Assembly: GCF_032444005.1 (NCBI RefSeq)
Contig: NC_091290.1
Coordinates: 118,916,001-118,980,000 of the forward strand
Origin: Ranitomeya imitator
Lineage: Eukaryota
DNA length: 64,000 bases
Direction of reading: 5' to 3'
Shown piece after piece: positions 31,716 to 44,209 of this stretch. The notes below the pieces were generated by a model that did not search any database, was not told where the DNA came from, and was given only the letters and a program-made list of their open reading frames with translations. The translations under genes were made by a program, and so were the position numbers. Each line of letters begins with the position of its first letter. Within the stretch, counting starts at the first letter, position 1.

Positions 31716-34700
31716 TGTTGGAGGTAGAATTGAGGGGTTTCCACTGTTTAGGCACATCAGGGGTCTCCAAACGCAACATGGCGCAACCATTGATTCTAGT
31801 CAATCTTGTATTCAAAAAGTCAAATGGTGCTCCCTCAATTCCGAGCCCCGACGTGTGCCCAAACAGTGGTTTACCCCCACATATGCGGTACCAGCATACT
31901 CAGGATAAACTGCGCAACAATTACTGGGGTCCAATTTCTCCTGTTACCCTTGTGAAATTAAAAAATTGCTTGCTAAAACATCATTTTTGAGGAAAGAAAA
32001 ATGATTTTTTATTTTCACGGCTCTGCGTTGTAAACGTCTGTGAAGCACTTGGGGGTTCAAAGTGCTCACCACATATCTAGATAAGTTCCTTGGGGGGTCT
32101 AGTTTCTAAAATGGGGTCACTTGTGGGGGGTTTCTACTGTTTAGGCACACCAGGGGCTCTGCAAACGCAACGTGACGCCCGCAGACCATTCCATCAAAGT
32201 CTGCATTTCAAAAGTCACTACTTCCCTTCTGAGCCCCGACGTGTGCCCAAACAGTAGTTTACCCCCACATATGGGGTATCACCGTACTCAGGAGAAACTG
32301 GGCAACAACTTTTGGGGTCAAATTTCTCCTGTTACCCTTGGAAAAATAAAAAATTGCAGGCTAAAAGATCATTTTTGAGAAAAAAATTTTTTTTTATTTT
32401 CATGGCTCTGCGTTATAAACTTCAATGAAGCATTTGGGGGTTCAAAGTCCTCACCACACATCTAGATTAGTTCCTTTGGGGGTCTAGTTTCCAAAATTGG
32501 GTCATTTGTGGGGGGGATCTCCAATGTTTAGGCACACAGGGGCTCTCCAAACGTGACAAGGTGTCCGCTAATGATTGGAGCTAATTTTCCATTTAAAAAG
32601 CCAAATGGCGTGCCTGCCCTTCCGAGCCCTGCCGTGCCCCCAAACAGTGGTTTACCCCCACATATGGGGTATCAGCGTACTCAGGACAAACTGGACAACA
32701 ACATTTGGGGTCCAATTTCTCCTATTACCCTTGGCAAAATAGGAAATTCCAGGCTAAAAAATCATTTTTGAGGAAAGAAAAATTATTTTTTATTTTCATG
32801 GCTCTGCATTATAAACTTCTGTGAAGCACCTGGGGGTTTAAAGTGCTCAATATGCATCTAGATAATTTCCTTGGGGGGTCTAGTTTCCAAAATGGGGTCA
32901 CTTGTGGGGGAGCTCCAATTTTTAGGCACACGGGGGCTCTCCAAACGTGACATGGTGTCCGCTAAAGAGTGGAGACAATTTTTCATTCAAAAAGTCAAAT
33001 GGCGCTCCTTCCCTTCCAAGCCCTGCCGTGCGCCCAAACAGTGGTTTACCCCCACATATGAGGTATCAGCGTACTCAGGACAAATTGGACAACAACTTTT
33101 GTGGTTCAGTTTCTCCTTTTACCATTGGGAAAATAAAAAAAATTGTTGCCAAAATATAATTTTTGTGACTAAAAAGTTAAATGTTCATTTTTTCCTTCCA
33201 TGTTGCTTCTGCTGCTGTGAAGCACCTGAAGGGTTAATAAACTTCTTGAATGTGGTTTTGAGTACCTTGAGGGGTGCATTTTTTAGAATGGTGTCACTTT
33301 TGGGTATTTTCAGCCATATAGACCCCTCAAACTGACTTCAAATGTGAGGTGGTCCCTAAAAAAAATGGTTTTGTAAATTTCGTTGTAAAAATGAGAAATC
33401 GCTGGTCAAATTTTAACCCTTATAACTTCCTAGCAAAAAAAAAATGTTGTTTCCAAAATTGTGCTGATGTAAAGTAGACATGTGGGAAATGTTATTTATT
33501 AACTATTTTGTGTCACATAACTCTCTGGTTTAACAGAATAAAAATTCAAAACGTGAAATTTTCAAAATTTTCGCCAAATTTCCATTTTTATCACAAATAA
33601 ACGCAGAATTTATTGACCTAAATTTACCACTAACATGAAGCACAATATGTCACGAAAAAACAATCTCAGAACCGCTACGATCCGTTGAAGCGTTCCTGAG
33701 TTATTACCTCATAAAGGGACACTGGTCAGAATTGCAAAAAACGGCCAGGTCATTAAGGTCAAAATAGGCTGGGTCATGAAGGGGTTAAAATCCAATATAC
33801 GGTTCCATAGATACGGATCTGATTATTTAGTGATCATTTTTATAGTGCTCAGAGGATCCTCTGGGGCGTGTCTTTACACTGCTCTGCATAATTAACCTGT
33901 AAGCCACACCCCCTTGGTAAGACCATCAAAATAAGCACTAAAATACAGTAGTATCCAGTAATACAATATCTAGTAAATAAGTGTTTTTTTTTACAGTGGA
34001 GTCTATTGGCATTCAGTCTTGTGTTATTCATATGTGTCTGGCACATGCGATAAAAAGGAGGTCTTAAAACAGTCTCACTTTTCAAGATAGAAGCCCTCCT
34101 CCTTCTCCTCCTCCCAAAGTGTTTAGCCTCTTAATATATTGCAATCACTAACTTACTAACTATGTTATTTTTACTATGTTATTTTAATCATCATATTATA
34201 CAGCACTGTGTACTTACAATTGCTCACACTGCCTTTCTACCCAGCTAATTCTTCACTTTGCTCTATGTACAAACAGGATGTCTATTTTCCCTGCATGAAT
34301 CATTATCCTCTACAACAACTGACCCAGCTGCTCAAAGTCCTTAACCCCCGAAGCTTTTTTTTTGTTTGTTTTTGCATTTTCGTTTTTTGCTCTCCTCCTT
34401 CCCAGAGCCATAATTTTTTTTATTTTTCCATCAATATGGCCATGTGAGGGCTTGTTTTTTTGCAGGACGAGTTGTACTTTTGAACGACACCTTTGGTTTT
34501 ACCATATTTTGTACTGGAAAACGGGAAATTCCAAGTGCGCTGAAATTGCAAAAAAAGTGCAATCCCACACTTGTTTTTTGTTTGGCTTTTTTGCTAGGTT
34601 CACTAAATGCTAAAACTGACCTGACATTATGATTCTCCAGGTCATTACGAGGTCATAGACACCAAACATGTCTAGGTTATTTTTTATTTAAGTGGTGAAA

Positions 34701-35239
34701 AATTCCAAACTAAAAAAAAAAAAAATTTGCGCCATTTTCCGTCACCCATAATGTCTCTATTTTTCGTGATCTGGGGTTGGGTGCTGGCTTATAATTTGTG
34801 CAACGAGCTGCAGTTCTAATGATACTATTTTGGTGCAGATATGATCTTTTAATTGCCCGTTATTGCATTTTAATGCAGTGTTGTGGCAACCAAAAAAACG
34901 TAATTCTGGCGTTTTGACGTTTCTCGCTACGCTGTTTAGAGAGAAGGATCATTTTTTTTTTTTATTGATAGATCGGTGGGGACTCACCAGTGATGACTAG
35001 AAAATTCATTTTTTCCCCCCGGTTATTTTCTCTTATAAATTAACTTTTTTTGGGTGGCTGCATCTCTGGCCACGTGCACACATTGAGTATTTTGGTGAGG
35101 TTTTTTTTACATCAGTAAGTCGAAACCAGAAATCAAAAAGTGTGGTGGACACTAGGACCTGGAAATTTACCTCCCCAAGTCACATCCATTAATGTTACAG
35201 TAATAAATAAGACGTGCCCAAAGTCAAATTTTATCACAC

Positions 35240-35245
35240 TTTATT
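35240..35245 (-). terminator. Poly(A) signal (AATAAA) of metallothionein
   Basis: TTTATT on the plus strand, about 118 nt downstream of the MT stop. Confidence 0.7.
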
Positions 35246-35362
35246 ATCAAAACAATTTTTTTTTCCCAAGGTTGTCCACACTTATTATACACATACTGCA
35301 CGGATACATTTTTACTTCTACATTTAGGACATGGTAACAGGTGGGACTTTCAGCCGAGATGG

Positions 35363-35454
35363 TCACTTGCAGCAGCTGCAGGAATCACATCCTTTTGCAC
35401 ACTGACAGCCCTGGCTGCATTTACTGCAATCAGCAGGACAACAAGTGCAGCAAC
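35363..35454 (-). CDS. MT4: Metallothionein exon 3 (alpha domain)
   Basis: ccccacag|GT TGC TGC...AAG TGA. Confidence 0.95.
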
Positions 35455-37278
35455 CTGTGGGGGAAAAGGCAGAAAATTATTGCCAGGAAAAGATTATGCA
35501 ATTTTTCAATAATTTTGAAGTAGAGGGTGGCAGATCACCAGGAATAATAATAATACATATATAGGATCCCATATAGAATGATCCATTGCAATTATTAATA
35601 TACATTTGTGTGAAAGTAACCCCACAGCAAGGCTAGGATCACTCAGCAGTATTTTCTCTCATTTGAGAAAATCGGGCTGATTATCAGATTTCCTCAGATG
35701 AGAAGTATAAAAAAAAAGTCTCCATCTTCTCCATTGTGTCAGTCCATGGAAATCTGACTGCACTCATATGTCATTCGAGTGCAGTCTGACGTTTCCCACT
35801 TGCATGGCAGAGTGCGATTCGAATATAAGTCGTGCATGCTGTGATTTTTTTTTTTTTCCCTTTGGACAGACTGTGTCAAAGGAAAAAAAAAAAAAATAAT
35901 AATAATAATAGGACATGTGAAGGGCCCTATAGAATACCATTAGTCAGTGTGTGATCCGATGTTTTCTCAGATCGCACTCGGACTGAAAATACAGCCATCT
36001 TCATGACACCTTAAAAGTGAACTTTTTTTAGCCATAGCAGAATTGCCGATCACCATGGACCCATCTGATTACATTTTTGATCAATTAACTTAATTAATCA
36101 CATGCTTTGGTACATGGAAGGGTCAGCAACTTACCGTGCTCCAGGTGTTGTGAAACTACAAGTCCCAGCTGTGTGCTGTCAGGGTACATTGGGAGCTGAA
36201 GTTTTAGGGTATATTTCCACGTTCAGGAAACGCTGCGTTTTTCCGCAGTGTCCAGATGTTACAGCATAGTGGAGGGGATTTAATGAAATCTCGTTTCCAC
36301 TATGCAGAAAAAAAGCATGCGTCTTTGCCACAAAAACGCACATGTGGCACGTTTTTTCAGAATACAGCATGTTGCTACAATGAGCAAAACACCGCAGGTG
36401 ACCTGCCAGTGACCTCAGGTGCAGATTTGGTCAGGATTTTACCTGCATAAAATCCTGACCAAATCCTGAAACAAGCCTGAACGTGGACACATACCCTTAC
36501 AATAGCGAAAGCAATGAAGGCTGCGGACCCCGGAATAATGTCTTATTGATTTACCTTTTTTTTTTTTTTTTGCATTGAAAAGGATGAAATTTGCAACAGA
36601 TCTAACATACATCATGATGCCCTAAATGCACATTATTATTATTTTTTTTACTACTATTCACTTGATTTCGTCAGTTCAAACAATTGCTGGCACTCATATC
36701 GTCTTAAAAGAATTGCTTTATTGACCCAGTAGTATAGAAAAAAAAAAAAGTCGAATACAACAGCACAAAAATTAAAAAGGCAGAAGAGAAATATCAACAT
36801 GTTTCAGACCTGCGCAGTCCAGGCTTGACAAAAGACCATGTTGCCTGTGAGCGCAGTGGATATTTCTTTTTTGCCCTTTTAATATGTTGTGTCCGACCAT
36901 TTTTTGTGCCTTTTATACTACTGGATCAATAAAGCAATTCTTTTAAGAAGATGCGAGTGCCGGCTATCGCTCGGACTGTTGGTATTACTGGAGTGTTTGG
37001 CCGAACACCTGGACAGCCGAAATGATGGTTCCTTTTTCATAGCCACATACGTGTACTTACTTTTCTTGCATGACTTGCACTTGCAGTCTTTGCATTTGCA
37101 GGAATCCCCACAAGAGCAGGATCCACCTGGGGAGAGATAAAGTATATATGATAAGTTTTCACCAGATTAGAATGAATCACGTACCCGGAAAGTTCACCAA
37201 GCTAATGAAGGTTATAACATGCTGATGCCTATAAGGGCCCTACGTACCATTGGCACAGGTGCAGTTTTGAGGGTCCAT
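35363..37278 (-). CDS. MT4: Metallothionein, 3 exons, 62 aa
   Basis: complement(join(37248-37278,37061-37126,35363-35454)) = 189 nt: [62 protein letters not shown]. Classic 31/66/92-nt exons with GT-AG introns. The MT4 label is inferred only from head-to-head adjacency to BBS2. Confidence 0.95.
36207..36496. mobile_element. PIF/Harbinger-type MITE in MT intron 2, TSD TTA
   Basis: TTA|GGGTATATTTCCACGTTCAGG...CCTGAACGTGGACACATACCC|TTA. Confidence 0.8.
37061..37126 (-). CDS. MT4: Metallothionein exon 2 (66 nt)
   Basis: ctccccag|GT GGA TCC TGC...AAG AAA A|gtaagt. Confidence 0.95.
37248..37278 (-). CDS. MT4: Metallothionein exon 1 coding part
   Basis: GCC ATG GAC CCT CAA AAC TGC ACC TGT GCC AAT G|gtacgt. 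Confidence 0.93.
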
Positions 37279-37280
37279 GG

Positions 37281-37445
37281 CAGGTGCTGGAGATCAGATC
37301 AGGAGGATCAGGCAGGTGCTGGAGATCAGTAGATCCTGGAGATCAGGAAGGTGCTGGAGATCAGATCAGGAAGGTGCTGGAAGTCAGTCGATTCTGGAGA
37401 TCAGGCAGGTGCTGGCGATCAGACAGGTGCTGGCGATCAGACAGA
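37281..37445 (-). repeat. Minisatellite (core CTGATCTCCAGCACCT) within the MT 5'UTR
   Basis: About six core copies plus partial copies between the inferred TSS and the ATG. Confidence 0.85.
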
Positions 37446-37511
37446 GGCAGTCACTTGCTTCTCAGCTGTGTTGATGCTGTGTGTTCTGATGCAGGATCCT
37501 CTGTCACTTCC

Positions 37512-37621
37512 TTATATACACAAGATCCTGAGCCGAGTGCAAAACTAGGACTAGTGCACAACACTCCCACCGCCTTCAACATGTGCAAAAGGCAAAGTAT
37601 AAACACTGAGTGCAGTGTGCA
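37512..37621 (-). promoter_or_regulatory. MT promoter: TATA box (37512-37518) and three metal response elements (37535-41, 37608-14, 37615-21)
   Basis: TATATAA on the minus strand; TGCRCNC matches TGCACTC(GGC), TGCACTC and TGCACAC (MTF-1 consensus). Confidence 0.85.
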
Positions 37622-38103
37622 CCAATTACTCAGCCATCCAAGACACAGGATGAGCCAGCACCAGTGACAATGCATTCTAGATCAGCCCCTTACAGAATAC
37701 GGATATAATAGATTTAGACCTTCAGAATTTTCATACAGTTTTAGAAGCCAAAGGCAGGAATGGATCATGAACAGACAACACCTCCTAAGTTTACTAATAC
37801 CATGTAGCATAAATACTGTATTTTGTTCCATTATTGCCCAGAAAATCTGCTGCATTTAACATCACACAAAGCAGAAGTGCATCATTTCCCTACAGGCCTA
37901 TATGGGGAGACAGACAACACATGCAAAGATTGCCCAACAGGCGAGACATGCAAAAAAACAACTGTTGATACTTGTAAAGAAAAGTCCAGTGGCTCTACCA
38001 TCAGATTAAAGACATTGTGTGCACATACCTCATGTGTGGTCTCAAACTTAAAACTGCCCCCATAATGCCGGTCCTGACTAACTAGGGCTTATTTATGGTG
38101 TAG

Positions 38104-38289
38104 CAGGGGTGTCAAACTGCATTCCTCGAGGGCCGCAAACCATGTGTGTTTTCAAGATTTCCTTAGCTTTGCACAAGGTGCTGTAATCATGATGTGTGTA
38201 GGTGATTAAATTATCACCTGTGCAGTACAAGGAAATCCTGAAAACATGACCTGTCTGCAGTCCTTGAGGAATGCAGTTTGACACCTCTG
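38104..38289. mobile_element. hAT-type MITE
   Basis: CAGGGGTGTCAAAC...GTTTGACACCTCTG; GTGTAG on both flanks (imperfect TSD). Confidence 0.7.
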
Positions 38290-39144
38290 GTGTAGAGTTT
38301 ATTATTAGATTCACCAAGTGAGGTGGATCCTCCAAGCCCAAGGTCTGGGTGGCCACACGGGCCATGGGTGTCAGCATAGCAGATAGATGGTACACACGGG
38401 ACATGGACTTCCGATCGTAAGCAGGTAGGCGGGATGCAGGAAACCTCAGGCAGTGGGGTGACGTCCAGGAGACTGTGGTCAGGCAGACGGGATGCAGAAA
38501 ACCGCAGGCAGGCGGGAAACGGCCAGGAGACACCATGCAGGTAGGAAGGAGACATCCAGGGGATTGCAGACACCAGCTGACTAGCTCAAGGTGTATAGAG
38601 CAAGCCAGCTGGAGTCTAGCAACACTGAAGTCTTAATACCAAGACACAAGTGTGTGTCTTGGTGAGCCTTATATAGGTACTGTATCACGCCGGGCCATCG
38701 TCACAGCCCGATGAGGTGCACAACGGAGTCTAGTGGACCAGGCTTAGATCCAGGACAGGTGCCTAACTCATATTTCAAGCATACTCCAAAAATCCTGTAA
38801 ACTCACGCTAGGGCTTATTTTTGGGGTAGGGCTTATTTTTGGAGAACCACAGTAATATAGAAGAAAGCCCACATTCAGTGAGGAGAGCTAACATGGCATC
38901 TACAAACGTCTATGGGACCCTACTCTGTAAATGCCTAATTTCATATGGAGACATCCAACGTTGGCTCGGTCAGGAGAACTGGGACCTTCATCTAGGAGAA
39001 GAGCTCTGTATTTTTCCTCCACTAATGATATATATTACCTATTGATAAGTTAGGAGATGCACGTGTGATCGCCACAGATGGTACCTAACAGTTATCACCT
39101 ATCTAGTGAATAGCTGACGAGTTTATCGCGGTACAACCTCCTTA

Positions 39145-39576
39145 GGCTGCGTTCACACTTTGGCTATTTATCACACTGATGTTGCGTGCAATGTTTTCCT
39201 ACTGGATCACACAGCAGAGCATGCATACATGCGATTTAGGGCACACGTTCAGGATTTCTTGTAGAAAATTCCTGAGAAAAACCTGAAATTTTCTGCAAGA
39301 CATCTGCATGCATTTTTTGCGCGTTTTTGATGCGGCTTTTTCCGGACATTTCCCAATGCATTTTATAGTGGGAAATCCGCAAAAAAAACCAGCAAAATTA
39401 ATGCACATGCTGCGTTTTTTACCGCGATGCGTTTTTTTCGTGGAAAAAACGCATCGTGCACAAAACGTGTGGAATTCATTCTAAATGATGGGATTCTTAT
39501 TGTATGCTGTTTTTTTTTTTTTTTGCGGTTTTATAGCATTTTTATTGCGAAAAATCAGCAACGTGTGCACACAGCC
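39145..39576. mobile_element. PIF/Harbinger-type MITE, TSD TTA
   Basis: TTA|GGCTGCGTTCACAC...GTGTGCACACAGCC|TTA. Confidence 0.75.
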
Positions 39577-40764
39577 TTAATGCTTCTGTATTTGCAAATG
39601 GCAAAATCAATGATTAACCCTTGTGCTGACTACTATTATAGGTAGCATATTGCACCAGGGTGTGTAATGCCGATAGCATTAGGCTACTTTTCTTCTATAA
39701 CATGAAAACATTGTAGATTTTTCTCAAGCTCAAAACATCACCAAATGCAAAGCAGCTAAAGAGACGTCTTAATATGCAGGGCCCATCTTGTTTATCTGGT
39801 AAGGAGGCATGGGCAGGAGGAGGGGAATGTGCACACGGCCAGCTGACAATGGGCCAAAGCCTCAGCCGTCTGCACACGGCTCAGCAAGAAGCCACCAATA
39901 ATGACCCGCTTCTTTTTGCTGTGCAAATTTATTTTCTACCGTCGCTATAATCTAGTCAGAATGGATATTTCACAGTCATTTGTCTCATATCAAGTAGATA
40001 AAAACAAATAGGAATTTCTTATTTCTAGAGAATTTAATTAAATCAACAGGTAAAAAAAAAAAAAAATGCATGTAATCCACACATGACTGTATCAATAAAG
40101 TTTCGTCAAATTCAAATGACAGGAAGTATCAAAAACAAAGCAGCTTTATTTAAAACATGACACATGAATAAGAGGCAAAAACACGATAAAAACGCTAGTA
40201 AACAGGTTTACTTCATAGATGTAGGAATGATGCAAAAAATGTGTCACTGCACCGAACGCAACATGTTGCGTTCGGCGCAGCATCAAATCGACGCATGCGG
40301 AGGCATCCACATACATCCGCATGGCCCGCGTGCCCAATGTTAAAGATAGGTACGCAGGACGCATGCCGATGTAGGCGGAGCTGAATGGAAGAGGCGCGGC
40401 AGCAGGCGGGGCTTAACGGAGGAAGTACACAGCCCGGCCCAGCGCAAATGTGAAACCAGCCTTAGGCTACTTTCACACTTGCGTTGTTTGGCGTACGTCG
40501 CAATGCTTCGTTTTGGTGAAAAAACGCATCCTGCAAATGAGCCCGCAGGATGTGTTTTTTCTCCATAGACTTGTATTACCGTCGCATTGCGACGTATGGC
40601 CACACGTCGCATCTGTCGTGCAACGGATGCGTCGTGTTTTTGGCGGACGCTCTGCCCCCTCCTCTCCGCTCATCACAATGGGCAGCGGATGCGTTGTAAA
40701 ACTGCATCCGCTGCCCACGTTGTGCTACATTTAACACACTGTCCATCGGTACGTCGATGATACA

Positions 40765-40895
40765 GTGCAGCGATAATGTACACTGTCATAGTACAGTGAT
40801 AATGTACACAGTAATGTCACAGAACAGTGATAATGTACACTGTGATGTCACAGAACAGTGATAATGTACACTGTGATGTCACAGTACAGTGATAA
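40765..40895 (+). repeat. Short tandem repeat, ~31-bp unit, ~4 copies
   Basis: CAGTGATAATGTACACTGTGATGTCACAGAA units. Confidence 0.8.
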
Positions 40896-41753
40896 AACAC
40901 AGCATAACTCAGAAAAGTCAGCATGCACACTGTGACATCACGGCATAGAAATAAGACATATCAGCATGTTACTCTTTCAACCAGCTTTCAACTAAAGGAA
41001 ACACATTGCAGGCATATGGAGCTGCACTGCTATACACTTCAATACATCTCCCACTGAGAATAATGAAAAATACACTTTTCGGGGGCCACCCAAATAAAAC
41101 GATGGGCAGTGACGCTACTTCTGCAAATATCAGCAGATAATTTTTTTTTTGGTGCCTTACAAGTCACAATACACAAACTCAGACATTTCTATTTATTTGG
41201 GTGTGTTAGGAGGCGGCGTGTTTCCCACAGTCTCTGCACACGGTTCCGGCTCCATTGAATGGTGCACATTATGCTGCGGGTCGCTAGGCTGCAGGGAGGA
41301 AGCAGGAACAATGCCCATGGCTGACATCATGGCAGGCTGGATCACGGGACTCTACGGGCTGCCACCTTCTCACCCTCCTGATCTGAATGGGTTGTTGATG
41401 GGGACATTGGTGCTTGGAGTAATAATATACGACGTGTGGAGTACGACAGTCACTAGTAGCAAAAACAACTTATCATAAGCTGTAGAGGCAGATAATATTA
41501 TGCGTTCACCCCAATGGATTAAAGGGTTATTCCCGTCTTCATACATTGATATTTTCGGATAGTTCTTGTAAAAACAAACACTTTTCCAATTTACTGCTTA
41601 TTAAAATTTACAGCCGTTCTTGAGATATTGACACTTTTGTTTAGCTCATTGCCAAGGAGACCGACCACCTCTGCTGTTAAGCACTGCAGTAAAAATTACT
41701 GGAATTAAGAGGTAACAGCGCACTCCAGAAATCCTGGCCAGATTTAAAACAAA

Positions 41754-42173
41754 GCTTACTTTCACACTAGCGTTTTCTGCAATCCGTCACAATGCGTCGT
41801 TTTGCAGAAAAAACGCATCCTGCAAAAGTGCTTGCAGGATGCGTTTTTTCCCCATAGACTTGCATTGACGACGCATTTGCGACGGATTGCCACATGTCGC
41901 ATCCGTCGAGCGACGGACGCGTCGTGCTTTTGCGGACCGTCGGGAGAAAAAAACGCTACATGTAACGTTTTTTTCTCCTGACGGACCGCTTTTTCCGACC
42001 GCGCATGCGCGGCCGGAACTCCGCCCCCACCTCCCCGCACCTTACAATGGGGCAGCGGATGCGCCGGAAAAATGCATCCGCTGCCTCCAGTGTGCAATGC
42101 AGCAAACGCTAGCGTCGGAATCTCTTCCCGACGCATTGCGACGGGGAGATTACGACGCTAGTGTGAAAGAAGC
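41754..42173. mobile_element. Harbinger-type MITE (TACTTTCACAC family), degenerate ends; related truncated copy from 40465
   Basis: GCTTACTTTCACACTAGCG...CGCTAGTGTGAAAGAAGC. Confidence 0.7.
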
Positions 42174-42988
42174 AATAGAAAAGAGCTTGTAAGCCCTCCG
42201 CGTGTTCTCTTATCTAGCAGCAGTGGTCGGTCTCCAAGCGAATGAGCTATAAACAAAAAAATAGTTTTAATATCTCAACAACGGCTGCAAAACTTAATGA
42301 GAAGTACCTTTTAAAGGCAGATGATGGCTGATTAAATCAGTCATCATGCGCAGGGAAAGATGCGGGCTCGGTGTGAGCCTGCATCACATCAAAGACCGGG
42401 GTCACACTTAACGTATGGAGAAAAAAAAATACCAAAAGATCACGTAGTAAACCAAGGGAAAATACAAAGTAGCAAGTCGGGTCACATGCCAGGGTCAGAA
42501 TACCAGAGAAATAGCGGATAAGCAAAGGGGCAATAACAAACGGTCCAAAGGTCAGCAACAGAAGCAGATCAGAACTTACAGCACAGAGTACAGGCGAACA
42601 CACACCAGACAGCACAAGCTTAGAACAAGCTTTTAACTGGCAAGGATCAGAGCCAGACAGCTCACCTAAACAGCACAAGTTGTGAAGAAGTTAAAAAAAA
42701 TTGGGAGACAATGAGCTTTATATCCTCCCGGGAGCCGCCGGCTTTCAGTCATGGGGGCATTTTGATTGACAGGTCACTGTCACTGAAAGCTGGAGGCTCC
42801 CACGAGGAAATACGATAGTTTCCTCCAGGTAGCCGCAGTTTCAGTGCCACGGCTAAACAGCTCATTGTAACGTGATTTGCTGACGATTAACCCTAAATCT
42901 GCAGGTAAAGTGTTTTCTGAGACGACAGGTTCCTTAATGAGGACTGAAGCAAAGGTTCTTTTTTTCCCACTTTTTTATGTTTTGGACC

Positions 42989-44022
42989 AGTCTAAGTGAT
43001 TTGCATACTTTTAGTCACGTGCCGTCAAGTCTGTGATTTGCATACTTTTTGTCACATGCCGACTAGTCTGTAAGTGATTTGCATACCTTTAGTCACGTGC
43101 CGACTAGTCTGTAAGTGATTTGCATACTTTTAGTCACATGCCAACTAGTCTGTAAGTGATTTGCATACTTTTAGTCACATGCCAACTAGTCTGTTAGTGA
43201 TTTGCATACTTTGTCACGTGTCGACTAGTCTGGAAGTGATTTGCATACTTTGTCACGTGCCGACTAGTCTGTAAGTGATTTGCATACTTTTAGTCACGTG
43301 CCGACCAGTCTGTAAGTGATTTGCATACTTTCAGTCACATGCCAACTAGTCTGTATGTGATTTGCATACTTTGTCACATGCCAACTAGTCTGTAAGTGAT
43401 TTGCATACTTTGTCACCTGCCGACCAGTCTGTAAGTGATTTGCATACTTAGTCATGTGCCGACTAGTCTGTAAGTGATTTACATACTTTTAGTCGTGTGC
43501 CGACTAGTCTGTAAGTGATTTGAATACTTCTAGTCACATGCCGACTACTCTGTAAATGATTTGCATACTTTTAGTCACATGCCGACTAGTCTGTGATTTG
43601 CATACTTTTAGTCACGTGCCGACTAGTCTGTAAGTGATTTGCATACTTTTAGTCACATGCCGACTAGTCTGTAAGTGATTTGCATACTTTTAGTCACATG
43701 CCGACTAGTCTGTAAGTGATTTGCATACTTCTAGTCACATTCCGACTAGTCTGTAAGTGATTTGAATACTTTTAGTCACGTGCTGACTAGTCTGTAAGTG
43801 ATTTGCATACTTCTAGTCACATTCCGACTAGTCTGTAAGTGATTTGCATACTTTTAGTCACGTGCTGACTAGTCTGTAAGTGATTTGCATACTTTTAGTC
43901 ACATGCCGACTAGTCTGTAAGTGATTTGCATACTTTTAGTCACGTGCTGACTAGTCTGTAAGTGATTTGCATACTTCTAGTCACATTCCGACTAGTCTGT
44001 AAGTGATTTGCATACTTTTAGT
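42989..44022 (+). repeat. Minisatellite, 39-40-bp unit, ~26 copies, with an E-box in nearly every unit
   Basis: Unit TGCATACTTTTAGTCAC(A/G)TGCCGACTAGTCTGTAAGTGATT. Confidence 0.95.
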
Positions 44023-44209
44023 TAACGTCTGGCCCAGTCTCATACAGAATTTCTCAGTCGCCTTTCAGCCCATATAGTCTGCATGTGACAGGAAGCTTTT
44101 GATGCTGCTGCAAACAAAGCTGCGTGTGAACACAGGCCATGCAATAGCCATGTGCGTTTTTATCCATATTAAAATGTACAATACCAACTGCATTTTCTTT
44201 TCTTTCCAT

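Larger units (their letters stand above)
30284..33784. mobile_element. piggyBac-like non-autonomous DNA transposon (~3.5 kb) with nested MITEs
   Basis: CTAA|CCCCTTCCCGACC...GGGTCATGAAGGGG|TTAA; shares subrepeats and a telomere-like array with 15747-19083. Confidence 0.7.

Noticed and set aside
35341-35523. Plus-strand Cys-rich ORF
   Set aside because: It is the antisense reading of MT exon 3.
37823-38065. Cys-containing ORF (TCKDCPTGETC) upstream of MT as a second MT or TNFR-like exon
   Set aside because: It lacks MT Cys spacing, no partner exons were found, and it is probably chance.
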